64,000 bases of DNA from a bacterium (GTDB lineage Bacteria > Krumholzibacteriota > Krumholzibacteriia > G020349025). The stretch spans positions 32,001 through 96,000 of the forward strand of contig JANLSU010000067.1 of assembly GCA_031362565.1 (NCBI GenBank), written 5' to 3'. Under the pieces are notes generated by a model, which was not told where the DNA came from, did not search any database, and saw nothing but the letters and a program-made list of their open reading frames with translations. Both the position numbers and the translations under genes were made by a program. Shown here piece after piece: positions 10,353-18,101 of this stretch (the stretch's first letter is position 1; each line of letters starts with the position of its first letter).

Positions 10353-10389
10353 AAACGGGGTGCTCCTGCGGGGGCACCCCGTTTTACTT
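10353..10389 (+). terminator. Rho-independent terminator
   Basis: 14-bp hairpin AAACGGGGTGCTCC-tgcg-GGGGCACCCCGTTT running into a T-rich tail. Confidence 0.85.
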
Positions 10390-10416
10390 GGTGGGAGCGC
10401 CACCCTGGCGGGCCCC

Positions 10417-10446
10417 TTGACGCCTGGCCCCCCAGACCGGTAGCCT
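10417..10446 (+). promoter_or_regulatory. sigma70-like promoter of rplM operon
   Basis: TTGACG-N18-TAGCCT upstream of rplM. Confidence 0.55.
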
Positions 10447-10489
10447 CCCGGTTTGCTGTGTCCGATTCAGAGGTTCCGGAGGATTTGCA

Positions 10490-10921
10490 ATGAAAACCCA
10501 CGTGGTCAAGGCGCGCGAAGTCGAGCGCGGTTGGGTGCACATCGACGCCGATGGCCAGATTGTGGGCCGGCTCGCGACGCGGGTCGCCGATATTCTGCGC
10601 GGCAAGGACAAGCCCACCTTCACGCCGTACATGGACTTGGGCGATTTCGTGATCATCACGAATTGCGCCAAGGTCAAGTTCACCGGCCGCAAGCTCGAGC
10701 AACGTACTTTTTCGAAGTACTCGGGCTGGCAGGGTGGTCTGAAGACCAAGTCGCTGCAAGAGATATTCGATAAGCATCCCGATGAAGTCGTGTACGAGGC
10801 GGTGCGCGGCATGCTGCCGCACACCAAGCTCGGCCGCGCCCAAATCAAGAAGTTACGCGTCTTCGCCGGTGCGGAGCATCCGCACAGCGCGCAGCAGCCT
10901 GAAGTTCGCAAGCTCGGCTGA
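10490..10921 (+). CDS. rplM: 50S ribosomal protein L13
   Basis: WVHIDADGQIVGRLAT...LRGKDKPTFTP...VRGMLP; SD GGAGG. Confidence 0.98.
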   Translation: MKTHVVKAREVERGWVHIDADGQIVGRLATRVADILRGKDKPTFTPYMDLGDFVIITNCAKVKFTGRKLEQRTFSKYSGWQGGLKTKSLQEIFDKHPDEVVYEAVRGMLPHTKLGRAQIKKLRVFAGAEHPHSAQQPEVRKLG

Positions 10922-10984
10922 TGCCAGAGCCGTGGTGCGCCGCGGCGCGCCGTTCGTACACTCTCGACGATGGAAGGAGGGACA

Positions 10985-11380
10985 ATGCCTCAACCGACCG
11001 CGTATATGGCGACCGGCCGCCGCAAGGAAGCCGTCGCCCGGGTTCGTATCGTCAGCGGAACCGGCCAGCAAATTGTCAATGGCCGCCCGATGCGTGAATA
11101 TTTGTGCCGTGACTCGCTCGTCCGTCAGGTGCTGCAACCGCTCGAGGTTGCGCAAACCGCCATGACGTTCGATCTCCGTGCCAACGTGCACGGTGGCGGT
11201 GTGACGGGCCAGGCCGGCGCGATTCGCCTCGGACTGGCACGCGCGCTCTTGGTCTACGACGCCGAACTGCGCAAAGCCTTGCGCCGCGCCGGACTGCTCA
11301 CCCGTGATCCACGGATGAAGGAACGCAAGAAGTACGGTCTGCGTGGTGCTCGCCGCGCCTTCCAGTTCTCCAAGCGCTAA
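10985..11380 (+). CDS. rpsI: 30S ribosomal protein S9
   Basis: [12 protein letters not shown]...[12 protein letters not shown]...[28 protein letters not shown]. Confidence 0.98.
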   Translation: MPQPTAYMATGRRKEAVARVRIVSGTGQQIVNGRPMREYLCRDSLVRQVLQPLEVAQTAMTFDLRANVHGGGVTGQAGAIRLGLARALLVYDAELRKALRRAGLLTRDPRMKERKKYGLRGARRAFQFSKR

Positions 11381-11450
11381 GTCTGGGTTGCTCGTTTGTC
11401 GCGCGAACGGTGCTCGGCGCCGCTCGCTTCCTCGCGCCACGGCGCGAGGC

Positions 11451-11534
11451 ATTTCACACGGCGCCCAACCAGCCGTGTCCCGTGGTGCCGCTCTTTGGAG
11501 CGGTTGGGATACGGCGGACGCCGGAGGCACAACC
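11451..11534 (+). ncRNA. rpsB 5' leader (t44 / S2 autoregulatory RNA-like)
   Basis: CACAC...GGTGCC...GGGATACG...GGAGGCACAACC mirrors the conserved elements of the E. coli rpsB leader. Stems CCGTGTCCC/GGGATACGG and CCGCTC/GAGCGG. Confidence 0.7.
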
Positions 11535-11549
11535 TCGGAGGCTCCGTTC

Positions 11550-12440
11550 ATGGCTGCAAAACTCAGCGTCAAGGACTTGCTCGAGTCCGGCGCGCACTTT
11601 GGTCACCAGACTCGCCGTTGGAATCCGAAGATGAAGCCGTTCATCTTCATCGAACGCAACGGCATCCATATCATCGATTTGCAGAAGACTCTCGACTGCT
11701 CCAACCGGGCTTACGAAGCGGTCAAGAAAGTCGTCGAGAAGGGCGACAGCGTGCTCTTCGTCGGCACCAAGAAGCAGGCGAAGACGGTGGTCGAGGAAGA
11801 AGCCGCGCGTTGCGGCCAGTACTACGTCACCGAGCGCTGGCTGGGCGGCATGCTCACCAATTTTCAGACGATCCGCAAGAGTCTGAACCGGATGAAGGAA
11901 CTGCAGGCGCTGACCGCCGAAGGTGGCGGCTCCGAGCGCTTGAACAAGAAGGAGCGCATCCGCGTCGGTAAAGAGCTCGAGAAGCTCGAAGCGGTGCTCA
12001 CCGGTATCGCCGATCTGGACCGCGTCCCCGGGATGATCTACGTCATCGACACCAAGAAGGAAGAGATCGCGGTCAAGGAAGCCAACAAACTCGGGATTCC
12101 GGTCGTCGGCATCGCCGACACCAACGCCGACCCCGACATGATCGACTATCCGATCCCGGGTAACGACGATGCGATTCGCGCCATCCGTCTGTTCACCGCC
12201 ATGGTGGCCGACGCGGTGCTCGAAGGCCGCGAGCGTTCGCTCGAAGGCCGCGAGGCGGAGCGCAACGCCGAGGGTGCTGCCGGCAAGATCGCCCAGGAAC
12301 AGTCCGACGATCGTGACGACCGGGCGCGCCGCACCGGACGCCCGCGTCCGAGGCGCGAGGACGAGGTTGCTGCGGCACCCGCGCCCACGCCACCGCCGGT
12401 CAGCGGCCAGGTGCCGCTCGTCGACCGCTCGAACGCCTGA
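11550..12440 (+). CDS. rpsB: 30S ribosomal protein S2
   Basis: LLESGAHFGHQTRRWNPKM...RWLGGMLTNF...PIPGNDDAIRAI, with a C-terminal low-complexity tail. Confidence 0.98.
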   Translation: MAAKLSVKDLLESGAHFGHQTRRWNPKMKPFIFIERNGIHIIDLQKTLDCSNRAYEAVKKVVEKGDSVLFVGTKKQAKTVVEEEAARCGQYYVTERWLGGMLTNFQTIRKSLNRMKELQALTAEGGGSERLNKKERIRVGKELEKLEAVLTGIADLDRVPGMIYVIDTKKEEIAVKEANKLGIPVVGIADTNADPDMIDYPIPGNDDAIRAIRLFTAMVADAVLEGRERSLEGREAERNAEGAAGKIAQEQSDDRDDRARRTGRPRPRREDEVAAAPAPTPPPVSGQVPLVDRSNA

Positions 12441-12473
12441 CGCCGCGCAACAACAACGATCTGTGGAGGAGTC

Positions 12474-13079
12474 ATGAGCGAGATACCTGCGACGGTCGTC
12501 CGCGATTTGCGCGACAAGACGGGCGCCGGAATGATGGACTGCAAGAAGGCCCTGGGCGAAGTCGGCGGCGACCTGGACAAGGCCGTCGACTGGTTGCGCA
12601 CCAAGGGCCTGGCGTCGGCGTCGAAACGCGCCGATCGCGCCACCAACGAGGGCCTCGTGCACTCGTACATTCACCCGGGCGGCCGCGTCGGGGTGCTCCT
12701 CGAAGTCAACTGCGAGTCGGACTTCGTAGCGCGCACCGAGGACTTCCAGGAACTGTGCAAGGACCTGTGCTTGCAAATCGCCGCCGCCAGCCCGACCTGC
12801 GTGCGGCGCGAGGAATTCCCGGCCGCACTCTTGGCGCGTGAAACCGGCATCTTCAACACTCAAGCACAAGAGTCCGGGAAGCCGGCCGTGGTCATCGAGA
12901 AGATGGTCGCCGGGCGCATCGAGAAGCTCTACAAGGAGTCGGTGTTGCTCGAGCAGGCGTTCGTGAAGGACCCCAACATGACGGTCGAAGAGCGGGTCAA
13001 GGCGGGCATCGCCAAGCTCGCCGAAAACATCACGGTGCGCCGGTTCGTGCGGTTCCAGCTCGGCGAAACCGTCGCGTAA
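12474..13079 (+). CDS. tsf: Elongation factor Ts (short ~200 aa type)
   Basis: LRDKTGAGMMDCKKAL...EVNCESDFVAR...RRFVRFQLGE. Confidence 0.97.
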   Translation: MSEIPATVVRDLRDKTGAGMMDCKKALGEVGGDLDKAVDWLRTKGLASASKRADRATNEGLVHSYIHPGGRVGVLLEVNCESDFVARTEDFQELCKDLCLQIAAASPTCVRREEFPAALLARETGIFNTQAQESGKPAVVIEKMVAGRIEKLYKESVLLEQAFVKDPNMTVEERVKAGIAKLAENITVRRFVRFQLGETVA

Positions 13080-13114
13080 CACCTGTCGCACGGCGCTGCC
13101 TTGGAGCCAACGCA

Positions 13115-13840
13115 ATGCAACTGAAGTACCGACGCATCCTGCTCAAGATGAGCGGCGAATTGCTGGGCGGCGCCGCGGAATCCGGCATCAGTGTGGAGCG
13201 CGTGCACACCCTCGCCGAGGATTTGCAGGTGCTGCACCAATTGGGTGTGCAGATCGGCCTCGTGGTGGGTGGCGGCAATATTTTTCGGGGCTCGATCGGC
13301 GAGACGCGCGGCATCGACCGCGTGTCGGGTGACCACATGGGAATGCTGGCCACGGTCATCAATTCGCTGGCCGTACAGGACGCGCTCGAGAAGCACGGCG
13401 TGCCGGCCAGCGTCATGTCGGCGCTGCGAATCGAGTCGGTGGCCGAGCCGTACGTGCGGCGCGACGCGCTCCGCCGCCTCGACGCCGGCCAAGTCGTCAT
13501 CGTCGCCGCCGGCACCGGCAATCCGTTCTTCACGACCGACACGGCCGGCGTGTTGCGCGCCATCGAGCTGGGTGCCGAGGTGCTGTTGAAGGGGACCAAG
13601 GTCGACGGCGTCTACGACGACGATCCGGCCAAGAATCCCGCCGCCAAACGCTTTAACACGCTGACGTATCGCGAAGTCCTCAACCGTGATCTCAAGGTCA
13701 TGGACGCAACGGCTATTTCACTGTCCCGGGAAAATGAACTGCCGATCATCGTCTTCGACATCAGCCGGAGAGGCGACTTGCTGCGCATCGTGCAGGGCGA
13801 ATCGGTAGGCACCTGGGTCGGGAAGGGGGAGAACACATGA
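13115..13840 (+). CDS. pyrH: UMP kinase
   Basis: RILLKMSGE...GGGNIFRG...GTGNPFFTTDT...KVMDATA. Confidence 0.97.
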   Translation: MQLKYRRILLKMSGELLGGAAESGISVERVHTLAEDLQVLHQLGVQIGLVVGGGNIFRGSIGETRGIDRVSGDHMGMLATVINSLAVQDALEKHGVPASVMSALRIESVAEPYVRRDALRRLDAGQVVIVAAGTGNPFFTTDTAGVLRAIELGAEVLLKGTKVDGVYDDDPAKNPAAKRFNTLTYREVLNRDLKVMDATAISLSRENELPIIVFDISRRGDLLRIVQGESVGTWVGKGENT

Positions 13841-14400
13841 GCGCTCAAGATCTCGTCCGCGAAGCTCAGGACCACATGGAAAAATCACTCGACGCAACCA
13901 AGCGCGAGTTGTCGGGCTTGCGCACCGGCAAGGCCTCGGCGGGCTTGCTCGACACCGTCAAGGTGGACTACTACGGCACCCACATGCCGCTCAAACAGAT
14001 CGCCAACGTCTCGGCGCCCGAAGCCCGGCTGCTCACCGTGCAGCCTTTCGACAAGGGCGCCGGCGCCGCGATCGAGAAGGCGATCCGCGACTCGGGCCTG
14101 GGCCTCAACCCGCAGTCCTCCGATGGCGGCATCATTCGGATTCCGCTTCCGACCTTGACCGAAGACCGGCGCAAGGAACTCGCCAAGGTCCTGCGCGGCA
14201 TGGTCGAACACGGCCGCGTCGCGGTGCGCAACATCCGCCATCACACCAACGACCACCTGAAGCAGCTCGAGAAGGAGGGCACGATCACCGAGGACGAGCA
14301 CAAGCGCGAAGCCAAGCGCGTCCAGGACATGACCGACGCCCACATCAAGAAGCTCGACGACCTGCTGAAGGTCAAAGAAGCCGAGATCATGGAAGTCTGA
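13837..14400 (+). CDS. frr: Ribosome recycling factor
   Basis: LRTGKAS..LLD.VKVDYYG...GLGLNP...LTEDRRKEL...AVRNIR...KEAEIMEV. Confidence 0.97.
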   Translation: MSAQDLVREAQDHMEKSLDATKRELSGLRTGKASAGLLDTVKVDYYGTHMPLKQIANVSAPEARLLTVQPFDKGAGAAIEKAIRDSGLGLNPQSSDGGIIRIPLPTLTEDRRKELAKVLRGMVEHGRVAVRNIRHHTNDHLKQLEKEGTITEDEHKREAKRVQDMTDAHIKKLDDLLKVKEAEIMEV

Positions 14401-14461
14401 TCCCCCCTTTGGGGGCAACCTCTGGCGTTTGTCTCCCAAACGTCTCGGATGCCGCGGGTCG

Positions 14462-14487
14462 GGAACAATCCACCCCCCCTGTCCGTT
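14462..14487 (+). promoter_or_regulatory. Putative ECF-sigma promoter
   Basis: GGAAC-N17-CGTT. The predicted start site coincides with the 5' end of the structured element at ~14492. Confidence 0.5.
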
Positions 14488-14490
14488 TCA

Positions 14491-14787
14491 AGGTGTGACG
14501 AGACCGCCAGCGCGGTCGCGAGACAGAGCGGGAGCCGATCGACCGGGCCAAGTCCAAAGGACGAACGCGGGCCCAGGCTGCGGATCCCCCTCCGAGCAGC
14601 CGAGCCCGCGTCCCTTGGATCCGGACGAACGGTGCCCCCCGGTTCTGTCTCAACCCAGGTCGTAGCCTGCCCATGTCCCCGGCAGGAGCGCCCGGTGAGC
14701 CGTGTTCGGCGCCTCGTCGACCTCACCTCTCCTGATGGAGAGTCTCCGCATGAACGGGCCAGCGACGTCGCTGGCCCCGTTTCTTTG
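14491..14787 (+). ncRNA. Candidate novel structured ncRNA (~295 nt)
   Basis: Non-coding gap with nested stems, including a closing stem 14491-14502/14713-14728 and a long arm 14520-14651. Flanked by an ECF-like promoter and an intrinsic terminator. Confidence 0.55.
14752..14787 (+). terminator. Rho-independent terminator
   Basis: AACGGGCCAGCGA/TCGCTGGCCCCGTT hairpin followed by TCTTT. Confidence 0.8.
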
Positions 14788-14861
14788 GTACGCCCCGAAT
14801 TGCCACTCCGTGCGGCCGGTGTCCGAACCCCGCCTCGGGCGCCGCCACCCTGCCTCGTGCC

Positions 14862-14889
14862 TTGACACTGGGTCGCCGCGGAGTAAACT
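14862..14889 (+). promoter_or_regulatory. sigma70 promoter of nuo operon
   Basis: TTGACA-N16-TAAACT. Confidence 0.7.
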
Positions 14890-14902
14890 ATCGAGTCGGT
14901 TT

Positions 14903-14924
14903 GTTTGAGAAATTTTTCTCAAAC
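14903..14924. promoter_or_regulatory. Palindromic operator, Rex-like
   Basis: GTTTGAGAA-ATTT-TTCTCAAAC, compared with the Rex consensus TTGTGAA-N4-TTCACAA. Lies just downstream of the -10. Confidence 0.6.
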
Positions 14925-14977
14925 TCACCCAACTCGAAGTACCACAAGAACTTGGGCGCGTGTGGGGGAGACGGCAC

Positions 14978-15328
14978 GTGAGCTATCTGCCGCTCGCTTT
15001 CGTGATCGGGCTCGCGTGCCTGGTGCCGGTGCTGCTCTTTGGACTGCAGCGGCTCCTGGCGCCACGCCGCCCGAATGTCGCCAAGCTGGAGACTTACGAG
15101 TGCGGGGCGCCCATCATCGGCAGCCCGCACCAGCGCCAGCCGGTCAAGTTCTACATCGTTGCCGTGCTGTTCCTGCTCTTCGACATCGAGACCGTGTTCC
15201 TCTTTCCCTGGTCGGTGCTCTATCGCCGGCTCGGGGTCTTTGGTCTGGTCGAAATGGGCGTTTTCCTCGCGGTGCTGGTGTTCGGCCTGGTCTACGTCTG
15301 GCGCAAGGGCGCCTTGGAGTGGGAATGA
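14978..15328 (+). CDS. nuoA: NADH-quinone oxidoreductase subunit A
   Basis: GTG after [17 protein letters not shown]...[21 protein letters not shown]...WRKGALEWE. Confidence 0.96.
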   Translation: MSYLPLAFVIGLACLVPVLLFGLQRLLAPRRPNVAKLETYECGAPIIGSPHQRQPVKFYIVAVLFLLFDIETVFLFPWSVLYRRLGVFGLVEMGVFLAVLVFGLVYVWRKGALEWE

Positions 15329-15807
15329 CACGTCCGGCCGGCGGGGACGGCGCGCCGTTCCTCACCACCAAGCTCGAAGGCGCCATCGACTGGGCGCGCA
15401 AGAACTCGCTCTTTCCGATCCCGTTCGGGACCGCCTGCTGTGCGATCGAGTTCATGGGGGTCGTCGGACCGTCGTTCGACATCTCGCGCTTCGGCGCCGA
15501 GGTGGTGCGGTTCTCACCGCGCCAGGCCGATCTCATGATCGTCGCCGGCACCATCGTCTATAAAATGGCGCCGGTTCTGCGCAAGGTCTACGCGCAGATG
15601 GCCGATCCCAAGTGGGTCATTTCGATGGGTGTGTGCGCCAGTTCAGGCGGCTTCTATGACGACTACTGCACGTTGCAGGGCATCGACCAGATCATCCCGG
15701 TGGATATCTACGTGCCTGGGTGCCCGCCGACACCGGATCTCTTCCTCGACGGCTTGTTGAAACTGCAGCAAAAGATCGATCTCGATCGCCGTCTCAGGCT
15801 TGCCTGA
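15325..15807 (+). CDS. nuoB: NADH-quinone oxidoreductase subunit B
   Basis: [10 protein letters not shown]...SPRQAD...[10 protein letters not shown]...YVPGCPP. Confidence 0.96.
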   Translation: MTRPAGGDGAPFLTTKLEGAIDWARKNSLFPIPFGTACCAIEFMGVVGPSFDISRFGAEVVRFSPRQADLMIVAGTIVYKMAPVLRKVYAQMADPKWVISMGVCASSGGFYDDYCTLQGIDQIIPVDIYVPGCPPTPDLFLDGLLKLQQKIDLDRRLRLA

Positions 15808-15817
15808 AAGGACGCTC

Positions 15818-17557
15818 GTGCCGGCTCTGGATCTCGAACGCGTCCGCGGGCTCGTCGGCGACGATTTCGTTGCGGACCGTTCCTCGCATGGCGACCATGC
15901 CTATGTCGTGCGCCCGGCCGGTGTGCGCCGGATCTTGACCGCGCTGCGCGACGACCCGGTGCTGCAGTTCGACATGCTGATGGACCTGACGGCCGCCGAT
16001 CGCAGCCTCTTGCCGCCCAAGGACCGCACCGAGCGTTACGAAGTCATCTACAACCTGTACTCGCTGTGGAACGGCTGGCGGCTGCGGCTTCTGGCGCCGG
16101 TTCCCGAATCCGACCCGACGCTGCCCAGTGTGCACGACCTGTGGAAGGCCGCCAACTGGGCCGAGCGCGAAGTCTGGGACATGTACGGGATTCGCTTTGC
16201 CGGCCACCCGAATCTCAAACGCATTCTCTGCCACCACGAATTCGTCGGCCATCCGCTCCGTAAGGACTACGACCGCACTCGCGGCCAGTGGTGCTCGGAA
16301 CTGGAGACCCTCGAAGACGAACTCGAGATGGCGCACACCGCCGAACGCCTGCGGGCCCACGAGTCGGGCGCCGATCCGGCGGAATCGGGGATCGGCGAAC
16401 GGATGATCCTCAACATCGGGCCCAGCCATCCGGTGACGCACGGCACGCTCCGGGTGCTCGTCGAACTCGAGGGCGAGATCATCAAGACCGCCATTCCGGA
16501 GATCGGCTACCTGCATCGCGGTTTCGAAAAATGTGCCGAAAAGGGCAGTTGGAACAACGTCATCCCGTATGCCAGCCGCCTGAACTACGTGTCGGCGCTC
16601 GCCAACGATGTCGCCTACGTGAAGGCGGTCGAGAAGCTGGCCGGCATCGAGGTGCCGGACCGCTGCAAGTACATCCGCGTCATCGTCACCGAGCTGGCGC
16701 GCATCATGGATCATTGCGTCTGCAACGGCGCCAACATCGTCGACTTGGGCGCCCTCACCAACTTTTGGTACCTGTTCAGCGCCCGCGAAAAGATCTACAC
16801 GATCGTCGAGAAGCTGACCGGCATCCGGCTCACGACCGCGTACACGCGGGTCGGCGGGCTGTCGCACGACTTGTACGACGGCTTTGCGGATGAATGCCGG
16901 GCCATGCTCAAGGAAATCGTCCCGTTCGTGACCGACGTTATCAAGCTCGTGAAGAAGAACCGCATCTTCATGGAGCGCACCGTCGGCATCGGCGCCATCA
17001 CTTCCGAGCAGGCGATCTCCTACGGCTGGACCGGACCGTGCCTGCGCGCCACCGGCGTGCCGCTCGACGCCCGCAAGCGCGACGGGTACTACTTCTACGA
17101 TACGTTCGATTTCGACGTGCCGGTGGGCGAGAACGGTGACAGCTACGACCGCATCATGGTGCGCTTCGAGGAGATCTTCCAGAGCATCCGCATCATCGAG
17201 CAGGCGCTCGACAAGTTGCCGGGCGGGCCGGTCAACACCGACAACAACAAGTTCTTCCTGCCGCCGAAACAGGAGTTGTACCGCGACATCGAGCCGCTCA
17301 TGAACCACTTCATGATCGTCATGTTCGGAACCCCGGTGCCGGCGGGCGAAACCTACGATTCGTTCGAGGTCACGAACGGCGAGCTGGGTTTCTATCTGAT
17401 CAGCGACGGCAAGGGCAAACCGTATCGCTTGCGGGTCCGCCCGCCGTGCTTCTACATCTATCAGGCGTACACGTCGATGATCGAAAACGGCATGTTGGCG
17501 GACATGGCGGCCATTCTCGGCAGCCTGAACATCGTGGCCGGGGAACTGGACCGCTAG
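15818..17557 (+). CDS. nuoCD: Fused NADH-quinone oxidoreductase subunit C/D
   Basis: NuoC motifs AEREVWDMYGI.F.GHP and GHPLRKDY, then NuoD NIGPSHPVTHGTLR...GYLHRGFEK...GELDR. GTG start chosen after AAGGA (alternative TTG 15800). Confidence 0.95.
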   Translation: MPALDLERVRGLVGDDFVADRSSHGDHAYVVRPAGVRRILTALRDDPVLQFDMLMDLTAADRSLLPPKDRTERYEVIYNLYSLWNGWRLRLLAPVPESDPTLPSVHDLWKAANWAEREVWDMYGIRFAGHPNLKRILCHHEFVGHPLRKDYDRTRGQWCSELETLEDELEMAHTAERLRAHESGADPAESGIGERMILNIGPSHPVTHGTLRVLVELEGEIIKTAIPEIGYLHRGFEKCAEKGSWNNVIPYASRLNYVSALANDVAYVKAVEKLAGIEVPDRCKYIRVIVTELARIMDHCVCNGANIVDLGALTNFWYLFSAREKIYTIVEKLTGIRLTTAYTRVGGLSHDLYDGFADECRAMLKEIVPFVTDVIKLVKKNRIFMERTVGIGAITSEQAISYGWTGPCLRATGVPLDARKRDGYYFYDTFDFDVPVGENGDSYDRIMVRFEEIFQSIRIIEQALDKLPGGPVNTDNNKFFLPPKQELYRDIEPLMNHFMIVMFGTPVPAGETYDSFEVTNGELGFYLISDGKGKPYRLRVRPPCFYIYQAYTSMIENGMLADMAAILGSLNIVAGELDR

Positions 17558-17569
17558 AGGAGGCGCGCC

Positions 17570-18094
17570 GTGGAGTCCAAGGTGGAATTCCGTCCCGCGC
17601 CGCTGCGGGTGCCGGAGGGCGAGCCGTTCCGCTTGTCCGATGCGGCGCTTGCCGAGATCGAGCGCCTGGCGCCGCGCTACGCGACGCGTGCCGCGCTGCT
17701 CTTGCCGGCGCTCTGGATGGTGCAGCGCCAGCAGGGCTATATCTCGGAAGCCTCCATGCGCCATGTCGCCGCAGTCCTCGGCGTTTCGCCGGTCAAGGTC
17801 TACAGCGTCGTGACGTTCTATCACATGTACCACGAGAGCCCACCCGGGCGCTGGAACATCCAGGTGTGTCACAACCTGTCGTGTTCGCTCCTGGGTGCCG
17901 AAAAATTGCTCGACCTGCTGCATGCCAAGCTGGGCGTCGGCGAAGACGAGCCGACGGCCGATGGCCGTTTCATGATCCAACGGGTCGAATGCCTGGGCGC
18001 CTGCGAGCATGCGCCGGTCTGCCAGATCAACGACGACTTTGTGTTCGACGTGACGCCCAAAGATCTCGAGCGCAAGCTTGACGAATTGAAGTGA
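17570..18094 (+). CDS. nuoE: NADH-quinone oxidoreductase subunit E
   Basis: VVTFYHMY, CHNLSC...ECLGAC 2Fe-2S ligands. Confidence 0.95.
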   Translation: MESKVEFRPAPLRVPEGEPFRLSDAALAEIERLAPRYATRAALLLPALWMVQRQQGYISEASMRHVAAVLGVSPVKVYSVVTFYHMYHESPPGRWNIQVCHNLSCSLLGAEKLLDLLHAKLGVGEDEPTADGRFMIQRVECLGACEHAPVCQINDDFVFDVTPKDLERKLDELK

Positions 18095-18101
18095 AGGACC
18101 G

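Noticed and set aside
14411..14787. tmRNA, RNase P, SRP or group II intron identity for the frr-nuoA gap
   Set aside because: No tRNA-like 3' end with CCA, no GAGGAAAGUCC, no SRP helix-8 motif, and no complete domain V hairpin.
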